Below, one piece after another: positions 27,652-41,256 of a stretch of 64,000 nt of DNA. The DNA comes from Eledone cirrhosa (taxonomy: Eukaryota), in assembly GCA_964016885.1 (NCBI GenBank), contig CAXHJY010000834.1, positions 124,001 through 188,000 on the forward strand. The letters run 5' to 3'. The notes beneath the pieces were generated by a model. It was not told where the DNA came from. It did not search any database and saw only the letters and a list, made by a program, of their open reading frames with translations. A program made the translations under genes and the position numbers. Numbering within the stretch: position 1 is the first letter of the stretch; the number at the start of each line of letters is the position of its first letter.

Positions 27652-29200
27652 AATAGTTGCTGAGATGCTGAAAGCATCTGAGATGGTAAGACACACCATA
27701 ATCACCTATATTGTTAATCAAGTAATACAAAACGGTGCTATACCTAATGACTGGTGTAGCAACATCATCATCAACTGCTACAAGGGCAAAGGTGATGAAC
27801 TAGACAGAGGGAGCTATTGTGGCATCAAACTGATGGGCCAGGTCATGAAAGTTTCAGAAAGAGTCATTGTAGAACTGATTAGAGATCAAATTAATCTAGA
27901 TGCGATGCAGTTTGGATTTGTGCAAGGAAAAAGTACGATGGATGCCTTCTTCCTTATGAGGCAACTGTAGAAGTATCTAGATAAAAGCAAACCACTCTGC
28001 TTAGCATTTGTCACTCTACAGAAAGTTTTTGCTAGAGTTCCCCGTTCTGTAATCTGGTAAGACACTTTGGTATCTAGGTGTACAGAGGTGCTATCAGGAA
28101 AGTTAAAGATAATAATGGCTGTAGTGAAGAGTTAGAGGCCACCAAGGTTCCGTCCTTAGCACTCTCCTGTTTATCATCACCCCGCAAGCTATAACAGAAG
28201 AGTTTCAAAGAAGATGCTCTTGGGAACTCCTGTATGCCGATGATCTAATCCTCATAGCTGAATCTATGATAGAACTAGAGAAAACATCCTGACCTGGAAT
28301 CAAAAGTTCTTAGTCAACTTGGCAAAGATCAACATTCAAATAAAAGTATGGAAAACAAGGCCCTGATCCCTTCTGGGAAATGGCTCTGCTCAGTGTGTAG
28401 GAAAGGGGTGAGTAGAAATTCCATCCTCTGTCCCAAATGCAAGCTATGTGTACACAAGAGATGTAGTGGGATCTCAGGTAGGTTAGTTAAGAACGTAGGT
28501 TTTACTTGTGGCCATTACACAGGAGCAGTAAGTAACAAACACTCAGAGTAAACAAGTGCTAGAAAAAACTTAGAAGGTTCCAAAGAAGCAGCTGACCAAA
28601 TTAGCCATGGAGGTGGCTGTGCCAAAAGTATGGTAGCCAGTTACAAAAGGTTTTTCTCTCAAAATGAAGAGCAGATTGTATGATGTGTGTATATGAACAG
28701 CAATGTTACATGATAGTGAGACCTGGACGCTGTGTGCAGAGGACCTGCGAAGAATGGAAAAAAATGAAGCTGGCATGCTTTGATAGATGTGCAATAGCAA
28801 TATAAATGAACTGAGTGAGAAACTGGGCATAAAATGGATGAGATGGAGTGTGCCTGAAATGTGATTGCGTTGGTAGGGACATGTGATGCACATGAAGGAC
28901 GACAGCTGTATAAAATGATAAAGGGCACTCAAAATTGATGGAAACTATGGAGTAGGAAGACCTAGGAAGACTTGGGATAAGGTTGAAGCATACATCTAGT
29001 ACGCAATATTCTCCCTTAATTCCCCTAGATCTACCGCTCCAATCCCCATGCACCTCCTCACCCCAGTCCATATTGTAAAGTAGGTGCTTCTGGTGCCATG
29101 ACAAAAAGCTTCCAGTGCACACTGTAAAGTGGTTGTGTAGGTATCATGACAAAAAGCACCCAGTCCACACTGTAGTGTGGTTGTGTACATGACCACTTTA
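27647..29200 (+). mobile_element. Heavily decayed RTE LINE
   Basis: IVAEMLKAS...MQFGF, YADD, GKWLCSVC, 3' UTR repeat. Confidence 0.88.
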
Positions 29201-29220
29201 TATATATATATTTTTTTTAT

Positions 29221-29364
29221 TAGGGAGGGTGTGGTAAAATATCAGGTGGACCATAACCCACCAGAGTACTTGGGGTAGTGGGTAATATGAAAAGATTCAG
29301 GACCCCGACGGCTGGCTGAGCTCCAGCCGTTCAGGTTCTGAATCTTTTCTTATATATATCCATA

Positions 29365-29412
<48 letters not shown>

Positions 29413-29710
29413 CACACACACATACATATATACATACATCCATATATATATAGGAAAAGAGTAAGGACCCCAGTTTTCTCGGTGGGACTGGGATGTTCTT
29501 GGTGGAAAAGTCAATACTGTGTTTTCGCATGGTAGGTAGTTCAAGTAAGAAACTGGAGCTTGCTAGAAATGTTGGGATATGGCTGTGGTATGGGTCGAAA
29601 AGTGCTCCACTACGGAGGGGTCATGACTCTTTTCCTATTACCCACTCTACCCAAAGTATCAAGTACTCTGGTGCATTATGCTCCACCTGGTTCTTTACCA
29701 CACTTCCTCC
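29221..29710. repeat. Two oppositely oriented copies of a hairpin-ended repeat family (relatives at 45397-45565 and 46723-46830)
   Basis: Shared TTTTCCTATTACCCACTCTAC...GTACTCTGGTGC...TACCACACTTCC. Confidence 0.7.
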
Positions 29711-31397
29711 GACAGAGGGACCAGCTATTGAGATTGACGAATATAGGGTCCAAGAGGCGATTAAGGAAATGAAAAATGGTAAGGCTGCTGGACTGTCAGG
29801 GATAGTTGCTGAGATGCTGAAGGCATCGGGACGTAGGCAGTAAACTGGTTGCATGCATCATCAATCAGGCTATATATGGTGGTGTCATACCGAAAGACTG
29901 GTGCAGCAGTATTCTCATAAATTGCTACAAAGGTAAAGGGGATGCTTGGAGAGGAGCAATTATAGGGGTATAAAACTGATGGATCAGGTTATGAAAGTGG
30001 CAGAAAGGATATTAGCACAACTAATTAGAGAAAGGGTCAAACTTGATGAGATGCAGTTTGGTTTTGTGCCTGGGAAAAGTACAACAGATGCCCTCTTCTT
30101 GGTGAGACAATTACAAGAGAGGTTCTTATAGAAGAATAAACCACTATACTTAGCCTTTGTTGACCTAGAGAAGGCCTTTGATAGGGTATCCCGATCTGTC
30201 ATCTGGTGGTCCCTAAGGAAACTAGGTGTTGAGGAATGGTTTGTGAGGACAGTGCAAACTTTGGTCAGAGGTGCTGTCAGTAAAGTCAGGGTAGGAATGG
30301 AGTTTAGTGTGGAATTCCAGATACAAGTAGGAGTACATCAAGGTTTGGTCCTCAGCCCGCTCTTGTTCATTATAGTCCTCCAAGCCATAACAGAGGAGGT
30401 TAAGACTGGCTGTCCATGGGAACTTCGCTATGCTGACGATCTGGTTCTTATAGCAGAATCAGTAGAGGAGCTAGAGAATAAATTCTGGCTATGGAAACAG
30501 CAATTGGAAGCAAGAGTACAGAGTGAACCTAGCTAAGACAAAAGTATTGATGAGTAAAAAAGAGGACAAAACTCTGATTCGGTCAGGGAAATGGCCATGT
30601 TCGATATGCAGAAAAGGAACTGGCATAAATTCTATAAAATGCACACAATGCAGATCCTGGGTACACAAGAGATGTAATGGGATAGCAGGCAAACTAACAA
30701 GTAGGGAGAAATACGTATGCAGTAGATGTACAGGAAAGTTAGACAGTAGAAGTCGCATTGATAGAGACATTTTTCAAATGCAGGTGGGTGCTATAGAAGT
30801 GGTGGATAGCTTCCGGTACCTAGGAGATCAGATTAGCATGGGAAGGGGGTGTTCCAAGGCCATAGTATCTAGAATAAGGACGGGTTGGAAGAAGTTTAGG
30901 GAGCTGCTTCCTCTGCTGACGAAGAAGGGTTATATGATGCCTGTGTGAGGAGCGCGATGTTGCATGGTAGTAAGACTTGGGCAGCAACTGCAGAGGATAT
31001 GCGACGGCTGGAGAGAAATGAGGCAAGTATGCTCCGTTGGATGTGCAATGTCAATGTGCGTGAACAACCCAGCATGGATGTGTTGAGAGAGAAACTGTGT
31101 CTGAGAGGGATAGAATGTAGTGTGCGAGAGAGGAGACTGCGGTGGTATGGACATGTGATGTGCATGGAGGATGACCGATGGGTGAAGAAGTGCCAGGAAA
31201 TGCCAGTTGAAGGAAGACGTGGTAGAGGTAGACCACGAAAAACATGGGCAGAGGTGGTTAGAACAGACCTCAGATCGCTGAAGCGCACGGTGGAAATGAC
31301 AAAGGACCGTGATAAGTGGAGAGATGCTGTGCTGAATAAGACCCGTCCCACCCTTGCAAGCAGGGAAAAGCTGACGTAAAATGATGATGATGATGAT
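29708..31397 (+). mobile_element. RTE LINE, RT domain to 3' tail, disrupted
   Basis: TEGPAIE, NYRGIKL, DLEKAFD, GVHQG, YADD, RRLRWYGH, (GAT)n; terminal ~55 bp repeated at 31513-31570. Confidence 0.93.
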
Positions 31398-31399
31398 AT

Positions 31400-31430
<31 letters not shown>

Positions 31431-31434
31431 CACC

Positions 31435-31469
<35 letters not shown>

Positions 31470-31567
31470 CTATAATATATATATTCATATATACACACAT
31501 ATATATGTGTATGTCCCACCCTTGCAAGCAGGGAAAAGCAGATGTAAAATGATGATGATGATGATGA

Positions 31568-31636
<69 letters not shown>

Positions 31637-31699
31637 TACCTATATACATATATACACATATATATATATATATACATACATATGGAACCCCTATCTTGC

Positions 31700-32125
31700 T
31701 CAGAACATTGACCGCCTGGAAACTGTTCAGAGACATTCAACCAAGCGAATACCCTCCATCAGGCATCTACCATACTCTGAACGCCTTGCTTCCCTGGGCA
31801 TGGATACATTGATGCTCCGACGTCTGGCAACTGATTTGGTAAACACCCACAAAATTATTAACCATCTTGCCAACAACAACCCTGAGTACCTTTTTGATTT
31901 CCATGTGTCTAACACACGTGGACATGCCCACAAAGTCAGAAAACAACACAGCTCCTATGACTTTCGGAAACATTTTTTCACACTCAGAGTTGCTGAAGCA
32001 TGGAACAAACTACCTGCATCAGTATACCTGACATTTGTATATTATTCTATGTACTATACATGCATCTTTGACGAATTGTAGTGCACCTGAGCACTGTACA
32101 CAATAATTTCATTATTATTATTATA
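31700..32125 (+). mobile_element. CR1-group LINE 3' fragment
   Basis: [35 protein letters not shown], (ATT)n tail. Confidence 0.85.
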
Positions 32126-32885
32126 TATGATGGCTGCCCCCTCTTTATCAAGTATGGCCATTGCACGATATAACATTATTAATAATTATTAATTAATTCT
32201 CTCGTGCAATGCCTGTGCGTAAAGATATTTTTTAAAGTGAGGAAAGACTGTGCACTGAGCCAATCCCACTCTCTCAGCGACAGTAACTATAACCCGAAAA
32301 GAAGAAAAGATCAACATCCTCGGAAACTACTGAGCCGCAGGTTTTATATCGGAGTTATCCCAGTTTCCCGAGTTGCCTTCTCCTAGAAGAATGCCCTGAC
32401 AAAGCCTAGGGGTCCTTCACCCCAAGTGGTTTCACCGCGCGATCGGGTGTCCAGCCCGACTATTTCTATATCCCCGCGCATATACACATGCACCCATGTA
32501 TATACATATATACATGTGCATATACATATTTGCACACTTTCGGGTGGCCGTTGACTCTTATGAGTTCTTCCGCCTCTTGTCTGGTTTTGTTTTTTGTCCT
32601 GCAGGGTGTCCAAAATCACCCTCATCCCTATGTAAACTTGGTGTGGTTGCCGGCGACCCGACCATGCGACAGGTTGTACTGGGTTACATGTTACCAGTAG
32701 CACTCAAGAGTGACCCCACATATATATACATACATATATATACACACATATATATATATACATATATACACACACATATATATATATACATATATACACA
32801 CACATACACATCTATATATATACATGTATATATATATATGTACATATATATCCATATATACACATCTATACACACATATATATAC

Positions 32886-32927
<42 letters not shown>

Positions 32928-32928
32928 G

Positions 32929-32959
<31 letters not shown>

Positions 32960-34874
32960 GTATATATATATATCCATATTCATATAAATATATATATATA
33001 TACATATTCATATATATCTATATATACATATAAATATACATATCTGATTTTTGCGTTTCGCTTCGCTTTTCCTGCCCGCCGAAAATGCGATTCTCGCTGA
33101 ATCTTTATTTGTATATAAATACTTTATATACATATATTTAATTACACGCCCTCACATATATATATATATATAAATACACACACGCACACATGCATGCATC
33201 TTTGCTAACAGGGAAAACGGACGTTAAATGACGATTATATATATATATATATAACGTATATACATATATTATTCAAATATATGTCTACATATACAGTACA
33301 CAAATATATAACTAAATATGATACTGATATATATATACTGAGAGTGAGGGGGGGGGGGGTGCATGTGTTTATTATATATACATAATCATGCATTATATAC
33401 ACACACAAACAAATTTATATATAAAACAAAATTATATAGATGTAGGAGGGAATAAATGTTTTAGTTACCTTATCATATGTATTAGTTTTCAACTGACAGT
33501 TTTGGAAACAATTCTTTCGATTTTTTTTTGTCTATTGTTGTGTATATATTATTGTTGCTTTCTCTCGCGAAATCGGTTAATTAATGCAGCAATGCCATGT
33601 ACTTTGAATAACGCACACTTTTGCCTTTTCCATCAAAAATATTAATATTATTATTATTATTGTAGTTATAATGACGATTGTGCCATCCCTCGCCTGCAGG
33701 GAACGTTTTTAAAACAATGTAAACAGTTTAGGGCATTTTGTCTGGGTTCTTAAAAATTTCGTTTAGGGATTTTTTTTTATCTTCTTTCTTTCTCTTTTGT
33801 TTGCTTGCCGTTTTCTTAAAATAAAAATGTAACGCAGTCTCCTTCGCAAGCATACCTCTCCATATATCTTCCTGATACAATGAAATGCAGAAATATATCC
33901 TTATTTTCTCAATAGGTTAGTTTATATATATAAAAAAATGTACTTTATCAGAGAAGAGAGAAAAAAAAATTTGACTTCGAGACACACAGACAGATAAAGA
34001 AGACCCGGTGTCAGCGGTGAATAGTTATATCTAAAAACATTTCCGATATTGTTAAGAGATGTACTCAAAAAATATGAGAAATTCTATTGTTTATTTTTCT
34101 CAGAACAATACAATAAATTCATTCATGCATTTATATATCTATATCGATTATTCATTTGTGTCTAAAATGAAAATAAACATAGCATAATGATGTTTGTAGT
34201 CTCTAAGTTTTAAGATCTAATATGTTCATGTTATAGATTTACAGCTTTGCATATATCAATGTAAAACTAACTAAATAAATGTGTGTGTATACATAGATAT
34301 ACATGTATATGTTTGTGGACGTACACCACTCCCTCCCTTCCTCTCTGAGCTTTCATTCATCGTTCCGCCTCTCATTTGCCGACTACAACCACATCGCAGG
34401 AAAGGTAAGTAGTGCTAGAAACATCATTTGTCATTCACAAACATATTTTATTACGTTTTATACCTTCTCTATATCTAGTCTTTTTTAAAGAATTTTTTCA
34501 GGGAGGGGACGGTGGAGAACATAATATACAGCAAAACAATTGTGAAAAGAAAACATAAGCGATTAAATAATTTTATCTTGCCGCTTAATTAATTTGACAA
34601 TTGTCGACGAAATTTGGAGGAAGGCATGGCTAGACCCCTGTCTAAAGGAAAGGTACCTTAAATCATTTAAAATAGGGCACTTTTTCTTTGGAATTTAGGG
34701 AGGTTCTAGCCAAACAAACAGCTTCTGTTTCATTTAGAGGCGCATGGAGTTGAAAATAATGATTTAGAGAGATGTTAGAAATGATGATGATGTTGATGGG
34801 GAAACTGATTATGATGATGAAGATGGTGTTATAAGGATTATGTAAATCTAAATATATGTATGAATTCCTCCTGT

Positions 34875-34919
<45 letters not shown>

Positions 34920-35001
34920 AGTATATATATATATATAAGTATATATATATATACATAAGTATATATATATATACATAAGTATATATATATATAAGTATAT
35001 A

Positions 35002-35041
<40 letters not shown>

Positions 35042-35129
35042 TATATATATATATATATATATATATATAAGTATATATATATATATATATAAGTATATAT
35101 ATATATATATATATATAAGTATATATAAG

Positions 35130-35163
<34 letters not shown>

Positions 35164-35181
35164 TATATAAGTATATATAAG

Positions 35182-35213
<32 letters not shown>

Positions 35214-35245
35214 AGTATATATATATATATAAGTATATATATATG

Positions 35246-35279
<34 letters not shown>

Positions 35280-35370
35280 TAAGTATATATATGTATAAGT
35301 ATGTATTAGCCGTACTAAGAGTGAGAAATGAAATTTCATTTTTCCATTTATGTATATATGTAGATATATA

Positions 35371-35716
35371 TCATCATCATCATCATCATTTCATTTTACG
35401 TCCACTTCTCCCTGCTTGCAAGGGTGAGACGGGAACTGATTCTGGCTTGATTTCTACAGCTGGATGCCCTTCCTAACACCAACCTCATTTACAGTGAGTG
35501 CTGGGTGCTTTTTTGCCGTGGCACCTACACGACCACTTTGCAGTGGAATGATAGGGACCCCAGTCCCTATCATCTCATTTCTACAGCTGAGTAAACTGGA
35601 GCAATGTGAAATAAAGTGTCTTGCTCAAGGAAACAACACATCACCCAGTCTGAGAATTGAACTCACAACCTTTCGATTGCAAGGCCAATGCTCTAACCAC
35701 TAAGCCATGTGCCTCC
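35371..35716 (-). mobile_element. Young tRNA-head SINE with RTE-type tail
   Basis: Minus strand A-box TGGCTTAGTGG and B-box GAGTTCAATTC; (GAT)n tail. Confidence 0.88.
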
Positions 35717-35901
35717 ATCAAGGACCTCTTCTATGTATATATATATAAATATTGATATATATATACATATATATATCAATATATATATATGTAAACATAT
35801 CAATATATATATATATGTATATATATAAATATATCAATACTTATATATATATATATTTATATATATATGTATATATATATCAATATTTATATATATATAC
35901 A

Positions 35902-38527
35902 TAGAAGAGGTCCTTGACAAACTGGACCAGGGTTTCAACATTCTACTGCTGGGAGACTTCAACCTGCCAAAGGTCAAATGGCCTGAGGGCCACCTCCTCC
36001 CTGGAATGACGTCAATAGAACAGAGACAGACGGAATCCCTGCTGGCCCTCACACACAGGCTGTTCATGGAACAAGCAGTACTCCTCCCAACAAGAGGCGA
36101 AAATGTCCTGGACCTCTGTTTTACAAACAACGGAGTGCTCGTCCACAATGTAAAGGTGACACCAACAATTTTCTCGGATCATAACTTAGTAGAACTAATG
36201 ATGTATGGTCCGAGAGAACCAACAGAGACAAAACCATCAAGAAGTACCAGGACGTTATCCAGCCTTAACTTCTACAAGGCTAACTGGAAAAAGATCAAGA
36301 GAGAAATCCGGAAGCAAACAGGGAGCAAAAACACTGCCCTACAAGACATCAGCACACAATTTCAACACTTCATGACAACGATACACACTATATGCAAAAA
36401 GTTTGTCCCGGAGAAAAAGGCAAACAGACAAAAAAATCTTATTCCCAGAGATAGGAAAATCCTTATGAGACATAGAACCAAGCTCTCAAACCAGTTGAAT
36501 GCACAACAAGAAAACAAAAACAAGAGGGAATCCTATTTGAAACGTGCACTACTTGACACCGAGATTGCACTCAAACTTTCCCATGAAAATGAGAGCGCAA
36601 AGAAAGAAAGCAGGGCCATAGAAAACATTAAAACAAACCCTAAGGCCTTCTTTAAATTTGCAAAAGAAACTGCCTCGGTACACTGCAAGGATGGGCCACT
36701 CTTCCATACAGATGGTTCATTAACTGAGAATCCCCAAGAGATATGTGAAATACTGAATGAACAGTACAAAAGTGTGTTCACATGTCCACTGAGGCACATG
36801 CAAATAACGAAGCCAGAGGAGTTCTTTGATGTCACAACACTACATGAAGAAATGGCAACCATCAACCACATAGGTATAACGGAGGAGGATGTGGTATACG
36901 CTATAGATGAAATTAGAACAGACTCAGCTGCTGGACCTGATGGATTCCCAGCAGTCCTCTTAAAAACATGTAAGCAGGCCTTAGCAACTCCACTGAAGAC
37001 GCTCTTCAGAAGCTCCTTGGTCTAGCAGTATACTACCCAGGGAGATGAAAGAAGGCACAATATGCCCTATCTATAAAGGAGGTAGCAGAGCGGAAGCCAA
37101 AAACTATAGGCCAGTCTCCCTGACGTCGCATATCAGTAAGGTCATGGAGCAAGTCGTCAGAAAGAAATTGATCACTTCCTCGAGGAAAATGACCGCCTGA
37201 CTAGCACGCAGCATGGCTTCCGCCCAGGAAGAAGCTGCCTTACACAGCTGCTACATCACTACGACTGGGTACTGAAACAACTTCTAGACAGCTCACATGT
37301 GGACGTGATATATCTTGACTTTGCGAAGGCCTTTGACAAGGTCGACCACGGAATGATATGTCACAAACTACACGGACTCTGCATAACTGGAAAAGTAGGT
37401 GAGTGGCTGCATGACTTCTTAAAGGACAGAAGCCAGACAGTCGCAGCAAACGGGGCCCTCTCAAAGGAAACATCAATAACAAGTGGGGTGCCCCAAGGGA
37501 CAGTCCTGGGACCACTACTGTTTTTGGTGGCTCTCTCAGACATGCCCTCTGTAGTACATACAACAACATCCATCACTAGCTATGCTGATGCTGCCCTTTT
37601 ACAACAACATCTGGATACCATATACAAATGGGCAGAAGAAAACAGCATGCAGTTTAATGCTGGCAAATTCCAAGCCCTACAATACAAACCTGCAAACACA
37701 AATACAGTACAACACAGTTATGCAGGACTAGGAGGGACCGATATCCCAGTGTCAAAATTGATACGAGACCTGGGTATAGACATGAGCAATGATGCATCTT
37801 TTTCCTCACACATCATGAAAGTGGCGACAATGTTCAGATGACTCGCTGGCTGGATCTTGAGGACTTTCCGGACAAGAGACTGAGACACCATGTTGGCACT
37901 ATGGAGGACATTTGTCCTAAGCCGCCTGGACTATTGCTTCCAGTTGTGGTCACCCCATAGTGTCAAACTAACCACGGAGCTTGAGGTAATCCAGCAAACT
38001 ACACCAAGAGGATTGCCACGATGAAGGAGATAAGCTACTGGGAGAGGCTAAAAGAACTGAACCTCTACTCCCTGGAACGAAGATGGGAGAGATACGCAGT
38101 GATCTACATGTGGAAAATCGAGGAGGGACTAGCACCAAATTTTGGCATTGGGAGCTGGACCAACCGTCGAACAGGACGTCACTGTGTGATGCCAAAGGTC
38201 CAAGGTCCCGTCTTCCAGATCTAGAATAAAGAGCAGATATTACAATAATCTGGGATTCAAGGGCCTTCAACTCTTCAACAAGCTGCCGAGGGATCTGAGA
38301 GATCTGTATGGTGTGGAGGTGGATGTCTTCAAGAAACATCTCGACACCTTGCTATCCAGGATCTCGGATGAGCCCACAGCAAGACACGAGGGAAACCTAA
38401 GGGCAGCAGCAACAAACTCCCTCTTACACCAGTGGCCAACCAATACAGGCTGGAGATAAAATGTGTAGCAACAAGGGCGGTGCCCCAGCATAGCCTCAGC
38501 TGGATGGCTCGAACAAGTAAAAGAGTA
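35902..38527 (+). mobile_element. CR1/L2-group LINE ORF2 (APE endonuclease C-half plus RT), few disablements
   Basis: GDFNLP, TRGENVLDL, SDHNL, AGPDG, YLDFAKAFDKVDH, GVPQGTVLGPLLF, YADA (deletion at YADD), YWERLKELNLYSLERR. Confidence 0.93.
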
Positions 38528-38552
38528 AATATATATATATGTATATATATAT

Positions 38553-38592
<40 letters not shown>

Positions 38593-38596
<4 letters not shown>

Positions 38597-38935
38597 TTTC
38601 ATTCATTTTCATTTCATTTTTACGTCCGCTCTTCCCTGCTTGCAAGGGTGAGACGGGAACTGATTCTGGGTTGATTTCTACAGCTGGATGCCCTTCCTAA
38701 CACCAACCTCATTTACAGTGAGTGCTGGGTGCTTTTTTTCCGTGGCGCCTACACGTCCACTTTACAGTAGAATGATATGGACCCCAGTCCCTATCATCTC
38801 ATTTCTACAGCTGAGTAGACTGGAGCAATGTGAAATAAAGTGTCTTGCTCAAGGAAACAACACATCACCCGGTCTGAGAATTGAACTCACAACCTTTCGA
38901 TTGCAAGGCCAATGCTCTAACCACTAAGCCATGTG

Positions 38936-38937
<2 letters not shown>
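38593..38937 (-). mobile_element. Young tRNA-head SINE, same family as 35371-35716
   Basis: Near-identical to that copy. Confidence 0.88.
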
Positions 38938-39018
<81 letters not shown>

Positions 39019-39082
39019 ATATCTATATATATATATATCGTTCCTGAATTTCCTGAATTTGTTTAGCAAGATAATCCCCCAA

Positions 39083-39125
39083 GTCACTGAAGAGGTCACA
39101 TAATGTGTGACGAAAGAACTTTGAC
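39083..39125 (+). ncRNA. Minimal type I hammerhead motif
   Basis: GTCA-CTGAAGA-G-GTCACAT aat GTGTGAC-GAAA-gaac-TT-TGAC; host repeat ~39060-39280 has a decayed homolog at ~61135-61300. Confidence 0.65.
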
Positions 39126-39273
39126 AATATATGAACAAACATGTGGTTGTGGAACCAACCAGCCAACCGGAAATTTATAAATTCCTAAATTTATAAATTT
39201 AATTTATAATAAATTGAAGTGAAAGCAACTGGTGCGTGTGTTTCTTATTGGCAACATGACCCTCCCAAAGCAT

Positions 39274-39319
<46 letters not shown>

Positions 39320-39365
39320 ATTTATATATATATATATAAATATTTATATATATATATATATATAA

Positions 39366-39415
<50 letters not shown>

Positions 39416-39942
39416 AATATTATTTTTTTTAATTAATTGAGTTCTTTACACGAGGAATTGATATTGGTTTTGAAATGACTAATTAACCCGCGTGTGTTTT
39501 ATATTTTACTCTTAATTCGGCCGGAGATTTACATTCCCATTTGCCCTTTAAAGCATAACTTTCCGTATTTACTACGGTTACGAGATGCGGTTTCTTATTC
39601 AGTTACAACCTCTGATTTTAGCCTAAGAAAATATCTATATGCGTGTGTAATTTATACACGCATATATTTATTTTTTTAATTTCAATTGAGTTCTTAACAC
39701 GTTGGATTGATAATGTTTTCGAAAAAACTGATTAACCCGCGTGTATATTATTTTTTTTTTTCCTCCTTTCGTGGATCGTAGTTGTCTCCCCTTCCCACTT
39801 AGTGACGCTATAATACTTCCTCAGTCAAAAACTGCTGGAATTTCAAATTTGCCGGTCATTCGATGCGGGAAGGAGCAACTTAACAAGACACGATTTTTAA
39901 CTGTGGTAAGAAATGTTTTTCTTATATCAAAGTTTAATGGGC

Positions 39943-40067
39943 TTCCACTGATGATTTATAAGCGCCCACCTAAATATATTCTTACATGAATGTATATTAG
40001 GCTTCTACATAAACTGGAATTATTCTCCGAATTTGTAGAAAACTTATAATGAAACAATTGTTTGGAA
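39943..40067 (+). ncRNA. Type I hammerhead with long branched helix II, copy 1
   Basis: TTCCA-CTGATGA-T-TTATAAG[80 nt]CTTATAA-T-GAAA-C AATT G-TT-TGGAA; predicted cut after 40062. Confidence 0.7.
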
Positions 40068-40950
40068 AGAGAGATATATTTTAACTTTAATTATATCTCA
40101 TAAAGTAATACAACTGGCTTTTCCACATAATACATATTGTTAGCACCCCAAACACTTAAATTGGGTTTATATTAAAATATAACCTAATGTTTGTTGAGTG
40201 AGATGGTTACCAGTCAGAGATTAGCTTTAAACTATCTCTGTTATTGTATTAATATTTTACTCTTGATTGGCCAGAGGTGTTTATTTCCAGGTACCTTATA
40301 AATTTGACTTTCCGTATTTATTGCTGTTGTGCGATATTGTGGTTTTTATTGGTTGTAACTTCTCTGTTTTTTACCCTAAGAAAATATTTATATATGCCTA
40401 TTTATGTAATTGCATGCATACATTTATTATTTTTTTTAATTAATTGAGTTCTTTACACGAGGAATTGATATTGGTTTTGAAATGACTAATTAACCCGCGT
40501 GTGTTTTATATTTTACTCTTAATTCGGCCAGAGATTTACATTCCCATTTGCCCTTTAAAACATAACTTTCCGTATTTACTACGGTTACGAGATGCGGTTT
40601 CTTATTCAGTTACAACCTCTGATTTTAGCCTAAGAAAATATCTATATGCGTGTGTAATTTATACACGCATATATTTATTTTTTTAATTTCAATTGAGTTC
40701 TTAACACGTTGGATTGATAATGTTTTCGAAAAAACTGATTAACCCGCGTGTATATTATTTTTTTTTTCCCCTCCTTTCGTGGATCGTAGTTGTCTCCCCT
40801 TCCCGCTTAGTGACGCTATAATACTTCCTCAGTCAAAAACTGCTGGAATTTCAAATTTGCCGGTCATTCGATGCGGGAAGGAGCAACTTAACAAGACACG
40901 ATTTTTAACTGTGGTAAGAAATGTTTTTCTTATATCAAAGTTTAATGGGC

Positions 40951-41075
40951 TTCCACTGATGATTTATAAGCGCCCACCTAAATATATTCTTACATGAATG
41001 TATATTAGGCTTCTACATAAACTGGAATTATTCTCCGAATTTGTAGAAAACTTATAATGAAACAATTGTTTGGAA
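40951..41075 (+). ncRNA. Type I hammerhead with long branched helix II, copy 2
   Basis: Identical motif 1008 bp downstream; predicted cut after 41070. Confidence 0.7.
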
Positions 41076-41256
41076 AGAGAGATATATTTTAACTTTAATT
41101 ATATCTCATAAAATAATACAACTGGCTTTTCCACATAATACATATTGTTAGCACCCCAAACACTTAAATTGGGTTTATATTAAAATATAACCTAATGTTT
41201 GTTGAGTGAGATGGTTACCAGTCAGAGATTAGCTTTAAACTATCTCTGTTATTGTA

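Noticed and set aside
35640-35716. tRNA-like A/B boxes (also 38860-38937, 63284-63362)
   Set aside because: SINE heads continuing into SINE bodies, not tRNA genes
39494-40997. Duplicated 61-82 aa ORFs
   Set aside because: GTG starts, no motifs; identity only reflects the tandem duplication
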